DNA from: Longimicrobiales bacterium
Lineage (GTDB): Bacteria; Gemmatimonadota; Gemmatimonadetes; Longimicrobiales; Gaopeijiaceae
Reading direction: 5' to 3'
Assembly (NCBI GenBank): GCA_041690395.1
Contig: JAWLHJ010000001.1
Coordinates: forward strand, 512,001 to 576,000
Length of the DNA: 64,000 nt
In this document: in pieces, positions 18,694 through 30,025 of the stretch
Layout of the letters: every line of letters begins with the position of its first letter
Numbering within the stretch: the stretch's first letter is position 1
Made by a program: the position numbers and the translations under genes
Notes under the pieces: generated by a model
What the model was told of the DNA's origin: nothing
Database searches by the model: none
What the model saw: only the letters and a program-made list of their open reading frames with translations

Positions 18694-21215
18694 TCGTCGC
18701 CCACCTCTCGGATCTGCACCTCGGATTCCGTGCGTACGGACGCGTCGAGTCCGACATGGACATCCGGGAGCGCGACGTGTCGGCCGCGTTCGAGCGGACC
18801 GCGGCCGAGCTCGTGCGGCTGGCACCCGCCGTCGTGGTAGTGGCCGGTGACGTCTTCGACCGGCCCGATCCGCCGGCGGGAGCGGTCGTCGCGCTCGCTC
18901 GCGGGCTCGAGCTGCTCCGCTCGTCGCTTCCCGACACGCCCGTGCTCATGGTCGCCGGCCCCCGTGACACGCCGCGGCGGTCGGGCGACCCTGGCGCGCT
19001 GGCCGTCCTCGACACTTTCTCCAACGTCGAGGCCGCGACCACCCTCACGCGGTCCATCATGATCGACGAGCTCGACCTGATGGCGTGCCTGATGCCGTAC
19101 CGGGCGGTGCTTCGCCATCCCCCGGTCGTGCCGGAGCCGGACCCCCGACGCAAGTGGAACATCCTCGTGCTCCACGCTCGGGCCGACCAGCCGGGCACGG
19201 AGCGGGGCGTCCACGTCGATCCGTCGGATTGGGACTACGTGGCGCTCGGCGGGGAGCACCGCCGACACGGGATCACGGACCGCGTGCGCTACGCCGGCTC
19301 GCTCGAGCGGGTCGCGCTCGATCCCTGGGACGAGGCCACCGATCAGAAGGGCTTCCTGACCGTGGACCTCGAGCGCGGCACCACCACGTTCCATCCGATC
19401 CCCGGGCGGCCGGTGGTCGCACTGGCCCCCATCAAGGTCGGCTCGGGCGATCCCGATCGGATCCGTCGGCGGGTGCGCGAAGTGACCGAGGAGGTGCCGG
19501 GGGGCATCGACGGCAAGATCGTGCGGATCCGCCTGGAGGGTGCCACCCCGTTCGACCTCCTGGCTCTCCAGGGAGAGCCGATGGAGGCGCTGCGGAGCCG
19601 CGCCCTGCATCTCGCCGTCGAGGCGGGGAAGGAGCCACGCGTGCCGGCCGAGGCTTGGCTGCCGTCGGAGGGGGCGCGCCGGCTCCGGGAGGCGGTCCAG
19701 GCGGAGCTGGAGCGCGAGGCGACGCGCTCGCCGGAGACCGACGTCCTGGTGGCGCGTTGGCTCCCCGACGTGGCCGACCAGGATATCGGTCGTCCGATCG
19801 GCAGGATGGAGACGCTGGACGGCGTCCTCGAAGGGCTGGGGCGGGTGAGCACGTCGATCCCGGCCGGGCTGACCGCGATCTTCGGGGGTGGGTCACGGAC
19901 ACGCAGGGCCGTGGCGCAGCTGGTCCAGACGCGGGTCGACGAGCCCGACGCGCTCGGTCGCCTCTGGCGTGGCACCGAGGCGGAGACGCTGGACGGCGCG
20001 CTTCGTCTCGCCGTCGAGGCGGTGGCGGCGAGCCGCGGACTTCCGCTCGTCGACGCGGCGCTGGAGCGAGCCGGGGTCGCCCCGCGCGGATTCCGCGAGC
20101 ACGGCGCCCGGAGCTCCCGACCGGACCCTGACGCCGCCACCGACACGGCCGCCCCCGACCCGACGGCCCTGGCCGAGGAGCTGCGCACCGCCGAGCAGGA
20201 GCTCCTCGAGGTCCGTGCCGACGCCGCCGAGGTGGACGGCGACCTCGAGGTGGCGACGATGGACTGGCTGCGCGAGCGGCAGGACGCCGAGACGACCCTG
20301 CACGCGTACCGGGACCGGGCACGTGAGCTGCGCGCTCGGCTCCGGCGTATGGAGGCCGGCGGTCCCGAGGCACCCTGCCCGACGTGTGGCCGGGTGCTGG
20401 CGAGCCACTACGAGGAGGTGCTCGGAGAGCTGCGGGAGGAGTGGGAGGGGGTGGTCCAGGACGGAAGCTGGTGGCGAAGCCGATGGAATCAGCTGGAGAT
20501 GAAGCCGGTCCACCTGCGTGAGCTCGAAGGGCGTGCGGTCAGGCTGCACGCGGCCATCGAGGCGGGGTCGGAGCGGGTGGAGATCCTCCGCAACCGGCTC
20601 GCGGAGCGGGGCGGGGCTTCGGCCGCGGGTGTGTCCTCCCCGGAGCTGGGCGGGGCCGAGCGCGTGGTCGCCGAAGCGCTGCGAGCGGTGCGAGCGGCGC
20701 GCCTCACGCGGGCCCAGGACCTCGTCCTCGACAGGGCGTCACGCTTCCTGTGCCGGATCTCCGGCGGGCGTATCCTGGCCGTGACCGAAGGGGACGGCCG
20801 GGCCTGGTTGCAGGGGATCGGGGGGGTGCTCCAGCCGCTCACCGAGGAGGACCTCGCCTCGGCCCGACTCGCGCTGCGGCTCGCCGCCGCCTCGCTCGCC
20901 GCCGGGTCGGGTCGCATTCTCGCGTCGCTGCCGATCGAGGAGCCCTTCGACCGCCTCGACGAGGAGACCCGCAGCCGCGCGCTGCTCCTGCTGAGGGGGC
21001 TGATCCGCGAGATCCCGCGCATCGTGCTCATCACCCGCGGGATGGCCGTCGACGCACGCCCGGAGCTCTTCGACTACCTGCTCGAGGTGCGCGAAGACGG
21101 CACGCCGACCGGACCCATCCTGAAGCCGGTGCCCGCCGGACCGGGGTGGGTCGCCCTCCGCGCCCCTATGACGCGCCCGTCCCGGTCTTCGTCACGCAAC
21201 CTTTCGCGCCCGTGA
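18690..21215 (+). CDS. SbcD(Mre11)-SbcC(Rad50)-like fusion protein with degenerate catalytic motifs
   Basis: GTG start 18690: HLSDLHLG, AGDVFD, YVALG, YAGSLE (metallophosphoesterase), then coiled coil with zinc hook CPTCG and ABC-like tail LPIEEPFDRLD / VLITR. Confidence 0.8.
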   Translation: MIVAHLSDLHLGFRAYGRVESDMDIRERDVSAAFERTAAELVRLAPAVVVVAGDVFDRPDPPAGAVVALARGLELLRSSLPDTPVLMVAGPRDTPRRSGDPGALAVLDTFSNVEAATTLTRSIMIDELDLMACLMPYRAVLRHPPVVPEPDPRRKWNILVLHARADQPGTERGVHVDPSDWDYVALGGEHRRHGITDRVRYAGSLERVALDPWDEATDQKGFLTVDLERGTTTFHPIPGRPVVALAPIKVGSGDPDRIRRRVREVTEEVPGGIDGKIVRIRLEGATPFDLLALQGEPMEALRSRALHLAVEAGKEPRVPAEAWLPSEGARRLREAVQAELEREATRSPETDVLVARWLPDVADQDIGRPIGRMETLDGVLEGLGRVSTSIPAGLTAIFGGGSRTRRAVAQLVQTRVDEPDALGRLWRGTEAETLDGALRLAVEAVAASRGLPLVDAALERAGVAPRGFREHGARSSRPDPDAATDTAAPDPTALAEELRTAEQELLEVRADAAEVDGDLEVATMDWLRERQDAETTLHAYRDRARELRARLRRMEAGGPEAPCPTCGRVLASHYEEVLGELREEWEGVVQDGSWWRSRWNQLEMKPVHLRELEGRAVRLHAAIEAGSERVEILRNRLAERGGASAAGVSSPELGGAERVVAEALRAVRAARLTRAQDLVLDRASRFLCRISGGRILAVTEGDGRAWLQGIGGVLQPLTEEDLASARLALRLAAASLAAGSGRILASLPIEEPFDRLDEETRSRALLLLRGLIREIPRIVLITRGMAVDARPELFDYLLEVREDGTPTGPILKPVPAGPGWVALRAPMTRPSRSSSRNLSRP

Positions 21216-21226
21216 CTCGTCGTATC

Positions 21227-21586
21227 ATGTTGAGACGAGTGTCCCGTTTAACGTTGCAAGCGCTTATGGGTGTGTGGGTCTTCGGCCTGGTGATGGCCAT
21301 GGTGATGGGAGGCGTGGCGATGCGCGCCGCGTGGATCGCGCGGCGGCGGCGTCGTCTTGCCGAGAAGCGGCGGGTGGAGGCCCCGAATTCGCACTATTCG
21401 TCGCTCGGGGTGCGCAATCAGGAGGACCGGGAGCGGTGGGGCTCCATCGAGCTCGCCCGGCTCCACCCTTTGAATCAGGAGGAGGTGGAGCGCCTGCTCC
21501 GCCGGATCGACTCCGACGGGGTCGAGACCCTCGGGCCCAGGGATCGTCTCTTCCTGGACAACATGACGATCCCCCGCATGGGGTGA
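21227..21586 (+). CDS. Small single-TM hypothetical protein with DUF6576-like C-terminus
   Basis: Hydrophobic segment plus VERLLRRIDSDGVETLGPRDRLFLD, resembling the rhomboid-associated helical tail. Start 21227 or 21266. Confidence 0.55.
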   Translation: MLRRVSRLTLQALMGVWVFGLVMAMVMGGVAMRAAWIARRRRRLAEKRRVEAPNSHYSSLGVRNQEDRERWGSIELARLHPLNQEEVERLLRRIDSDGVETLGPRDRLFLDNMTIPRMG

Positions 21587-21587
21587 G

Positions 21588-21962
21588 CTAGATCGCCGCG
21601 ATCGCGACCACTTCGACGTCCCGCCCCCGATTCAGCGGACCCACGGGAACGATGGCCCGCGTCGGTCGGTGGTCTCCCAGCGCCTCTGCGAACGCCTCGT
21701 TCACGGCGCTCCACGCGGAGACGTCTGTCACGTAGATCGTGACCTGGAGGAGCCGGTCGAGGCTCGAGCCTGCGGCGTCCAGGATGGCGGCGATGTTCTT
21801 GAAGATCAGCCGCGTCTGCGCTCCGGCGTCGCCCGGGTCGGCGTCAGGGTCGCTCGGATCGATGGCCAGCTGGCCGGCCACGTACACCAGTCCCCCGTGC
21901 ACGATCGCCTGGCTGTAGTGGCCCTTGGGGGTCGGTGCGTCGGGTGTCGAGATCTTTCTCAT
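21588..21962 (-). CDS. RidA/YjgF family enamine deaminase
   Basis: ATG 21962 (MRKISTPDAP); GHYSQA, VYVAGQ, VNEAF, PTRA, VEVVAIA. Confidence 0.92.
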   Translation of the reverse strand: MRKISTPDAPTPKGHYSQAIVHGGLVYVAGQLAIDPSDPDADPGDAGAQTRLIFKNIAAILDAAGSSLDRLLQVTIYVTDVSAWSAVNEAFAEALGDHRPTRAIVPVGPLNRGRDVEVVAIAAI

Positions 21963-24301
21963 CGTTCCTCCGGCGAGCCCACGGTACCGAGCTCGGCCCA
22001 CGCCTGGGTGCGCTCCTGATATCGCTGCATGAGCTCTGGTTGGTCGGCCTGCGCGGCGGCCTCGGTCAGCGCCAGGTATCCCCAGGAATAGTAGTTGGGG
22101 ATGCCGATGGTCGAGTGGTCCGGCCAGAAGCCCCATTCGTCGGGAATGCCGGACCGTTGTATGAAGACGTCGTCGAAGAGCGTCTGCGTGCGGGGGACGT
22201 CGACCCACTCACCCGTCACGGGGATGTACGGGGAGCTCTCGAGCCGCACCACGCCCTCGGTGGCGACCTCGTCCGGCAGCCCGTTCGACATCTTGAACGC
22301 GAGGCCGTGACGCACGAGGTAGGGCCGTACGCCGAGGGACGCCGCCGCGTTCCCGCTCGAGGCGAAGTAGATGGGCCGCTCGTCGATCGCTTCGTTGATG
22401 AGGTTGAGCGCGAACTGCTGCCACGGCTCGAGGAATTGCCCGGCCTGGAGTCGGGCCACGACGTTTCCGAGCTGGAGCGACTGGTTCTGGTCGAGTTGCA
22501 CGTAGGACGCGGCGACCTGGGTGATCTGCTCGTCCGTGAGCGAGATGATGGAGCGCGTCGGCGCCTCGACCGGCTCCTCGAGCAGGATGGGCGTGAGCGC
22601 TCCGGCCTGCGCGGCGTCGGTCACGTACGCGGCGGCGTCGCCGTCCGGCGTGTACGGTCGCTGGCACTGGATCACCGTGAAGTCCTCCGACGGATCGACC
22701 CCCTCGGGGCAGGGCGCCGTCAGGTCCCGGAGCTGCCGGATGTACCAGTCGGTGTTCAGATACGAGGTGACCATGACCGTCACGTCGCGCCGGATGCCTT
22801 CCACCTCCTGCAGATACCAGAGGGGGAAGGTGTCGTTGTCCCCGTTGGTGAAGAGAAGTCCGTACGGCTCCACGCTCATGAGCAGGTTGTACGCCCAATC
22901 TCGGGCGGCGTAGTCCTCGCTCCTGTCCGCGTATCCCCAGTTGAGCACCAGCGGGAGGAGCGCGAGCCCCAACACCGGACTCGCCTTCGCGAGGGTCGTC
23001 TTGAACTCTGTGACCGACTCGCGCCAGAGCGTGACGATCCCCATTCCCGCCCAGAGCCCCCACACCGAGAAGCTGGCGATGAAGAAGTAGTCGCGCTCGC
23101 GCACCTCGTGGAGTCCGCGGTCGGCCTGCGGTGCCTCGAGGGAGTAGCCGTACTTGAAGTTCAGGTAGTAGACGAGCCCGAAGGAGAGCGTCGCGAACAG
23201 CGTGCCCACGTAGGCGAAGCTGACGCGGTCACGGCGGAAGTGCTCGAAGGCGCCCCACACCCCGAGCCCGGTGAAGAGCATGGTGAACGGGATGCGCATG
23301 CGGGCGAAGACGGGCTGCTCGCCGCCGAGCGCGCGTGACCACTGCCAGTCGAAGTACTGGAGATAGTTCACCAGCTGCGACCAGAGCGGGGCCTGGCGCG
23401 GAACCAGCGGCGGCTTGTCGTACTGCGAGCGGTTCAGCGCCTCGGCGAGCGCGACGCACCCGGCCTTCCCGTAGGTGACCACGGCCGTGATGGCCGATCC
23501 GATGTCCGGACAGGTCGGTGCCGCCTCGTTGATGACCGGACCGAGCCCGGAGCGCAGCGGCAGGAAGAGGTGGATGCTCAGGCCGAGGACCGCGGCTGCA
23601 GCGCCGCCCAGGTAGAGCTTCCAGTTGAGGAGCGTGCGCGGGTGCACGAGAAGGATGAAGATTCCGATCGCCGGCGCGGCGAGGAACGCCATCAGGTGGT
23701 TCCCGACACTGAGCGCGAGGACGAACGCCATCAGGATGAGGAGGTTGTCGTCCTTGCCCTTCCCGAGGTTCTCCTGCCAACGGAACGCGAGCCAGGTGAG
23801 CAGCGCGATGGTCAGCAGCGAGACCGTGTAGACCTTCTCGTTGACGTTCGACTGGCTCCACACCGTGAACGCGGTGGCGCTGACGAGGACGGCGGTCGCG
23901 GCCCCGACGAGCCGGAAGCGGCGGTCGTCGGAGAAGTACCGGAGGATGTGGTGCACGACCAGGAACCAGAGCCCGTGCGTCAGCGCGCTCATCAAGGCGC
24001 TGAACAGGTTGATGCGGACCGCGACCTCGAGGCCGAGCGGCGCGAGCATCAGCGACCAGGCCTTCGCGAGGACCACGAAGAGCGGATTCCCCGGGGGATG
24101 CGGGATTCCGAGGATGTGCCCCGTGGCGATGTACTCGCTGGTGTCCCAGAAGGCCGTCGTGGGCGCCAGCGTGAGCGCGTATAGCGCGAAGACCGCCGCG
24201 GCGGCCAGTGCGGCCGCGCCGTATGGCGGTCGCAGCTCGTCCGCGGTCGGGGATGGTCCCACGGTGGGGGAGGATCCTCGGGTCGTGTCTGGAGCGGGCA
24301 T
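21959..24301 (-). CDS. DUF2723/TMEM260-like GT-C membrane glycosyltransferase
   Basis: TLAPTTAFWDTSEYIA, GIPHPPGNPLF, EKVY, ERDYFF, LFTNGDNDTFPLWY.QEVEGIRRDV. Start 24301 or 24316. Confidence 0.87.
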   Translation of the reverse strand: MPAPDTTRGSSPTVGPSPTADELRPPYGAAALAAAAVFALYALTLAPTTAFWDTSEYIATGHILGIPHPPGNPLFVVLAKAWSLMLAPLGLEVAVRINLFSALMSALTHGLWFLVVHHILRYFSDDRRFRLVGAATAVLVSATAFTVWSQSNVNEKVYTVSLLTIALLTWLAFRWQENLGKGKDDNLLILMAFVLALSVGNHLMAFLAAPAIGIFILLVHPRTLLNWKLYLGGAAAAVLGLSIHLFLPLRSGLGPVINEAAPTCPDIGSAITAVVTYGKAGCVALAEALNRSQYDKPPLVPRQAPLWSQLVNYLQYFDWQWSRALGGEQPVFARMRIPFTMLFTGLGVWGAFEHFRRDRVSFAYVGTLFATLSFGLVYYLNFKYGYSLEAPQADRGLHEVRERDYFFIASFSVWGLWAGMGIVTLWRESVTEFKTTLAKASPVLGLALLPLVLNWGYADRSEDYAARDWAYNLLMSVEPYGLLFTNGDNDTFPLWYLQEVEGIRRDVTVMVTSYLNTDWYIRQLRDLTAPCPEGVDPSEDFTVIQCQRPYTPDGDAAAYVTDAAQAGALTPILLEEPVEAPTRSIISLTDEQITQVAASYVQLDQNQSLQLGNVVARLQAGQFLEPWQQFALNLINEAIDERPIYFASSGNAAASLGVRPYLVRHGLAFKMSNGLPDEVATEGVVRLESSPYIPVTGEWVDVPRTQTLFDDVFIQRSGIPDEWGFWPDHSTIGIPNYYSWGYLALTEAAAQADQPELMQRYQERTQAWAELGTVGSPEER

Positions 24302-24367
24302 GCGCGTCTGGGTCACTGGAAAGTGCGCGAAGTCGAAAAGATAACGGGGAGGGCGCGGCGGGACCTC

Positions 24368-24541
24368 CATCGCTTTTCGCCGACTTGGAAGTCGTTCGAT
24401 CTTCGAACGATCTCTTCCGGCACGCTCAGGAGGACGTCGGCCTCGAAGCACCCGTATGACGCGGAGAAATCCCCGGGGCTCTCCACCAAGGCTTCTCTCG
24501 AATCGTTCGACTTTCGAACGACTTTCGAAACGCCCGCAGAA
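24368..24541. repeat. Palindromic intergenic repeat family A, copy 2 (inverted relative to copy 1)
   Basis: Reverse complement reads TCGAAAGTCGTTCGAAAGTCGAACGAT...TCGAGGCCGACGT...GCCGGAAGAGATCGTTCGA, matching 12762-12936. Confidence 0.85.
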
Positions 24542-24605
24542 AGTGCCGGCGCGTGGTCCAGCCGCGAGGGTCGGAGCGTGGCGGCCGTCGGGCTACCGGC
24601 CCGCG

Positions 24606-26609
24606 TCACCGGTTCGGCTCCAGGTGCAGGGTGCCCCACCGGTCGACCTCGACGGTCCACTCCGGCGGAACCCAGGTCGTGCCGCTGTACTCCTGCACGA
24701 CGAGCGGGCCGTCCACCCGGTGGCTGGCCCGGAGCGCCGCGCGATCGACCCGGGATGCCGCCAGCACCTGCCCGCGGTGGAAGACCTCGAGGTCGGACAG
24801 CGGCGGTAGGGCGGTCGCTTCGGTGAGCTCGGGCGGATCCAGCACCGGCGTCGGGGCGGTGACCACCACGCGCACCGTCACCGCCTCGGCGGGGATGTCG
24901 TCGCGGCGGTACCCGTACCGTTCCTCGTGTGCCTCGTGGAAGCGTGCGGCCCAGCCGGCGGACGGGACGGCGAGCTCGAAGCTCTGCCCCCGGTAGCGCG
25001 CGTCGATCCATCGCTCCGTGGTGAGGCCTTCGCCGTCGTCCGCGTCCGGCAGGTCCGCCGCGATCGCCGCGCGCGCTTCGCGCTCGAGCTCGGCCAGGGC
25101 CCGCTCGACCCGGCCCGGGGCGTCCGCGGCGTCTTCGGGCACCAACACGGTGCGCGACGCCTCGTGGGTGAGCGGCGCGGCGAGCATCCCGTACGCGGAC
25201 AGGAGCCCTGGATCGGGGGGGACCATTGCCCTGGAGGCGCCGAGGCGGCCGGTGAGCTCCGCCACGTGGAGGCCGCCGGCACCGCCGAAGGCGACGACCG
25301 TGAAGTCGATGGGGTCGTAGCCACGCTCGACCGAGATGACGCGAAGCGCCCGCTCCATGGCGGTGTCGGCCACGGTGAGCACGCCTTCGGCGGCATCCTC
25401 CAGAGAGGTACCGAGCGCGGCGGCGAGCTCGGTGAGCGGCGCCCGCACCGCTTCTCGGTCGAGGGCACGCGCGCCGCCCAGGAAGCCGTCGGCGGGAAGG
25501 GTCCCGAGCCAGACGTGGGCGTCGGTCACGGTCACCTCCGTCCCGCCGTTGCCGTAGCAGATCGGGCCCGGGGTTGCGCCGGCGCTCTCGGGGCCGACGC
25601 GAAGCGCACCTCCGGCGTCGACGCGCGCGATCGACCCCCCGCCCGCGCCGACCGTGTGGATGTCGATCACCGGCACGGCGACGGGACTCCCGCCGATCTC
25701 GAACTCCCGGGTCCGTAGCGGGCGTCCGGGACACAGCGACACGTCGGTCGATGTGCCGCCCATGTCGAACGTCACGATGCAGTCGTGACCCGCCCGCCGA
25801 GCCCAGGCGAGCGCCCCCATCACGCCGCCGGCGGGGCCCGACAGCACCGTGTGAACGGGCTCGCGCCGAGCGCGCGCGACCGGGAGCGCTCCGCCGTTCG
25901 AGCCCATGATGGTCGTGCGCACCGCTCCCGACTCGGCCTCGAGACGTCCGAGGTAACGGTCCATCAGCGGCGTCACGTATGCGTTGACCACCGTCGTGGA
26001 CGTGCGCTCGTACTCGCGGAACTCCGGGAGGACGGTGCTGGACACGGACACCGGGACGTCGACGTCCGCGAGCGCCTCGGCCACGGCGCGCTCGTGCGCC
26101 GGGTCGGCGTAGGCGTGCAGCAGGCAGACCGCCACGGCCCGCCCGCCGAGCTCACGCACCCGCTCCGCGAGGCCGGCGAGCTCCTCGGGGTCGACGGGCT
26201 CGACCTCCGCGCCGTCCGGACCGAGACGGCCGGCGACGCCGATCCGGTCGTCGCGCGCCACGAGGGGCGGCGGCCGGTGACCGACCAGCGCGTAGAGCTG
26301 AGGCCGATTCTGCCTGCCGATCTCGATGACGTCCTCGAAGCCCTCGTTCGTGACGAGCACGACCTGGGCGCCCCGCCGCTCCAGGAGGGCGTTGGTGGCG
26401 ACCGTCGAGCCGTGCAGGAGCATGAAGGCGTCGCCGTCTTCGAGCAGCTCGCCGATCCCGGTGAGAACCGCCTCGGACGGGTCGGCCGGCGTCGATGGCA
26501 GCTTGAGCGTACGGATACCGCCTTCGGTCCGGAGCACGAGGTCCGTGAAGGTCCCTCCCGTATCGACCGCGAGGAGCGCCGTTGACGGGCCTCCGGCACC
26601 TTGGGACAT
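24606..26609 (-). CDS. Hydantoinase/oxoprolinase subunit A family protein
   Basis: VDTGGTFTD, HGSTVATNALLE, EFREYERTSTT, LSGPAGGV, DMGGTSTDV, VGAGGGSIA, RYRGQSFEL. Confidence 0.93.
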   Translation of the reverse strand: MSQGAGGPSTALLAVDTGGTFTDLVLRTEGGIRTLKLPSTPADPSEAVLTGIGELLEDGDAFMLLHGSTVATNALLERRGAQVVLVTNEGFEDVIEIGRQNRPQLYALVGHRPPPLVARDDRIGVAGRLGPDGAEVEPVDPEELAGLAERVRELGGRAVAVCLLHAYADPAHERAVAEALADVDVPVSVSSTVLPEFREYERTSTTVVNAYVTPLMDRYLGRLEAESGAVRTTIMGSNGGALPVARARREPVHTVLSGPAGGVMGALAWARRAGHDCIVTFDMGGTSTDVSLCPGRPLRTREFEIGGSPVAVPVIDIHTVGAGGGSIARVDAGGALRVGPESAGATPGPICYGNGGTEVTVTDAHVWLGTLPADGFLGGARALDREAVRAPLTELAAALGTSLEDAAEGVLTVADTAMERALRVISVERGYDPIDFTVVAFGGAGGLHVAELTGRLGASRAMVPPDPGLLSAYGMLAAPLTHEASRTVLVPEDAADAPGRVERALAELEREARAAIAADLPDADDGEGLTTERWIDARYRGQSFELAVPSAGWAARFHEAHEERYGYRRDDIPAEAVTVRVVVTAPTPVLDPPELTEATALPPLSDLEVFHRGQVLAASRVDRAALRASHRVDGPLVVQEYSGTTWVPPEWTVEVDRWGTLHLEPNR

Positions 26610-26660
26610 TGGGGCGCTCACGAGCCCGCGCCTCCGGGCTCGCCCACCCCGGTCCGCCGC

Positions 26661-28166
<1,506 letters not shown>

Positions 28167-28169
28167 CGT

Positions 28170-29546
28170 CTACTCGCTGAGTCGGCGGAGCTTGGGATAG
28201 AGGCGCACCAACGCCTCGATCCCCTTCTCGAAGTTCTCGACCGACAGCCACTCGTCCGGCGCGTGCAGGTTGCACCCGGGCAGGGAGAACCCGACCAGCA
28301 GAGCGGGCGCGCCCAACCGCTCTTCGAACTCGACCACGATGGGGATCGACCCGCCGCCGCCCATCGCGACCGGCTTGGTGCCGAACGCTTCCTCCAGCGC
28401 CTCCCCGGCGGCCTCGAACGCGGGACCGTCGATGTTGGCCCGCCACGGCCGGCCACCGTGTAGGGCCTTCACCCTGACTTCGACGCCGGCGGGCGCCACG
28501 CGGCGCACGTGCGCCGCGAGCAGCTCCTCGACCCGCGCGGGCGACTGCGAGGGGACCAGCCGGAAGCTGACCTTCGCCATGGCACGGTTGGGGAGCACGG
28601 TCTTCGCACCCTCGCCCGTGTAGCCGCACAGGAGGCCGTTCACGTCGCAGGTCGGGCGGATCCAGAGGCGCTCGAGTGTGCCGTAGCCGCGCTCGCCGGC
28701 CAGCTCGTCCACGCCGAGCTCGCGGCGGTACGCCTCGTCGTCGAAGGGGAGCGAGGCGATACCCGTTCGGGTCGACTCGTCCCAGTCCAGCACGTCGTCG
28801 TAGAAGCCGTCGATGGCGATGCGCCCGTCGCCGTCGTGCAGGGACGCGACGATTTTCGCGAGCGCGTTCCCCGGGTTCGCGACCGCGCCGCCGTACTCGC
28901 CGGAGTGCAGGTCGGAGCGGGCGCCCTTCACGTGGATCTCGAAGTACGCGAGGCCGCGAAGCGAGAAGAGGAGCGACGGGAGTCCCTCCGCGAACATGCC
29001 GGTGTCCGAGATGACGACCAGGTCGCAGTCGAGCCGGTCGCGGTGCTCCTCCACGAACGGGACCAGGTTCGGCGAGCCGATCTCCTCCTCGCCTTCGGCC
29101 AGCACGATCACGTTGAGCGGGAGCGTGCCGGTGGACCCTCGGAGCGTCTCGAGGGCCTTCACGTGCATGTAGAGCTGCCCCTTGTCGTCCGCCGCCCCAC
29201 GCGCGTAGATGCGGCCGTCGCGCTCGGTCGGCTCGAACGGCGGCGAGGTCCACTCGTCGAGCGGCTCCGGAGGCTGCACGTCGTAGTGCCCGTAGACCAG
29301 CACCGTGGGGGCGTCCGGCCCGGCTTCGTGCCACTCACCCAGCACCACGGGGTGGCCGGCCGTCTCGATCACCTGGGCCTTGAGGCCGGCGTCGTGGAGA
29401 CGCTCGGCGAACCAGTCGGCGGCTCTGCGCGTGTCCGGATCGTGCTCCGTCTTGGCGCTGACGGAGGGGATCCGCAGGAAGTCGTCGAGCTCGGAGCGGA
29501 ACCTGGGGAGGTTCTCGTCGAGGAAGCGGGCGATTTCGGACATCAT
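28170..29546 (-). CDS. M20-family dipeptidase
   Basis: YGHYDVQP, ARGAADDKGQ, EGEEEIGS, DLHSG, GGSIP, HAPDE. Confidence 0.92.
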   Translation of the reverse strand: MMSEIARFLDENLPRFRSELDDFLRIPSVSAKTEHDPDTRRAADWFAERLHDAGLKAQVIETAGHPVVLGEWHEAGPDAPTVLVYGHYDVQPPEPLDEWTSPPFEPTERDGRIYARGAADDKGQLYMHVKALETLRGSTGTLPLNVIVLAEGEEEIGSPNLVPFVEEHRDRLDCDLVVISDTGMFAEGLPSLLFSLRGLAYFEIHVKGARSDLHSGEYGGAVANPGNALAKIVASLHDGDGRIAIDGFYDDVLDWDESTRTGIASLPFDDEAYRRELGVDELAGERGYGTLERLWIRPTCDVNGLLCGYTGEGAKTVLPNRAMAKVSFRLVPSQSPARVEELLAAHVRRVAPAGVEVRVKALHGGRPWRANIDGPAFEAAGEALEEAFGTKPVAMGGGGSIPIVVEFEERLGAPALLVGFSLPGCNLHAPDEWLSVENFEKGIEALVRLYPKLRRLSE

Positions 29547-29604
29547 CCCCTTCCGGGTCGGTCGCTGGAGGGAAGTTGCGCGCGGGGCTCCGCGGCGCGC
29601 GGGC

Positions 29605-29883
29605 TCAGATGAGCGTGCGCAGGCCCCAGCGGTAGACGAACGTCATCATGACGGAGAAGATGGCCGCACCGGCCATGCCGCCCGTGCTGATCGCGAGGGG
29701 CTCGTAAAGGTGCACGATACCCACGCCGAGCATCCCGCCGATGACCGCCGCGAACGCGCCGAGCACCATGAGGATGGGGGTGTGGCCGGGGGTCTCCTCG
29801 GGCCGCTGTATGAGCGCCTTCATGACCAGGCCGACGACCATGCCCATGACGATCCAGATCGCGATGCCGATCCAATTCTGCAT
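29605..29883 (-). CDS. GlsB/YeaQ/YmgE-like small membrane protein
   Basis: ATG 29883 (MQNWIGIAIWIVMGMVVG) with AAGAGG upstream; three hydrophobic helices. Confidence 0.7.
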   Translation of the reverse strand: MQNWIGIAIWIVMGMVVGLVMKALIQRPEETPGHTPILMVLGAFAAVIGGMLGVGIVHLYEPLAISTGGMAGAAIFSVMMTFVYRWGLRTLI

Positions 29884-30025
29884 TTCGGGTACCGACCTCT
29901 TCCCGGTTGCCGGATATGGAGGGTTGTTCAACGCGGGGAATCTATTCGAAGGGGGAGGCGAGAGCCAGGGAAGCGGTTCCAGGCCGTCGGTTTGACGTGG
30001 GACGCGTGTCGCTGTTGATTCGAGT

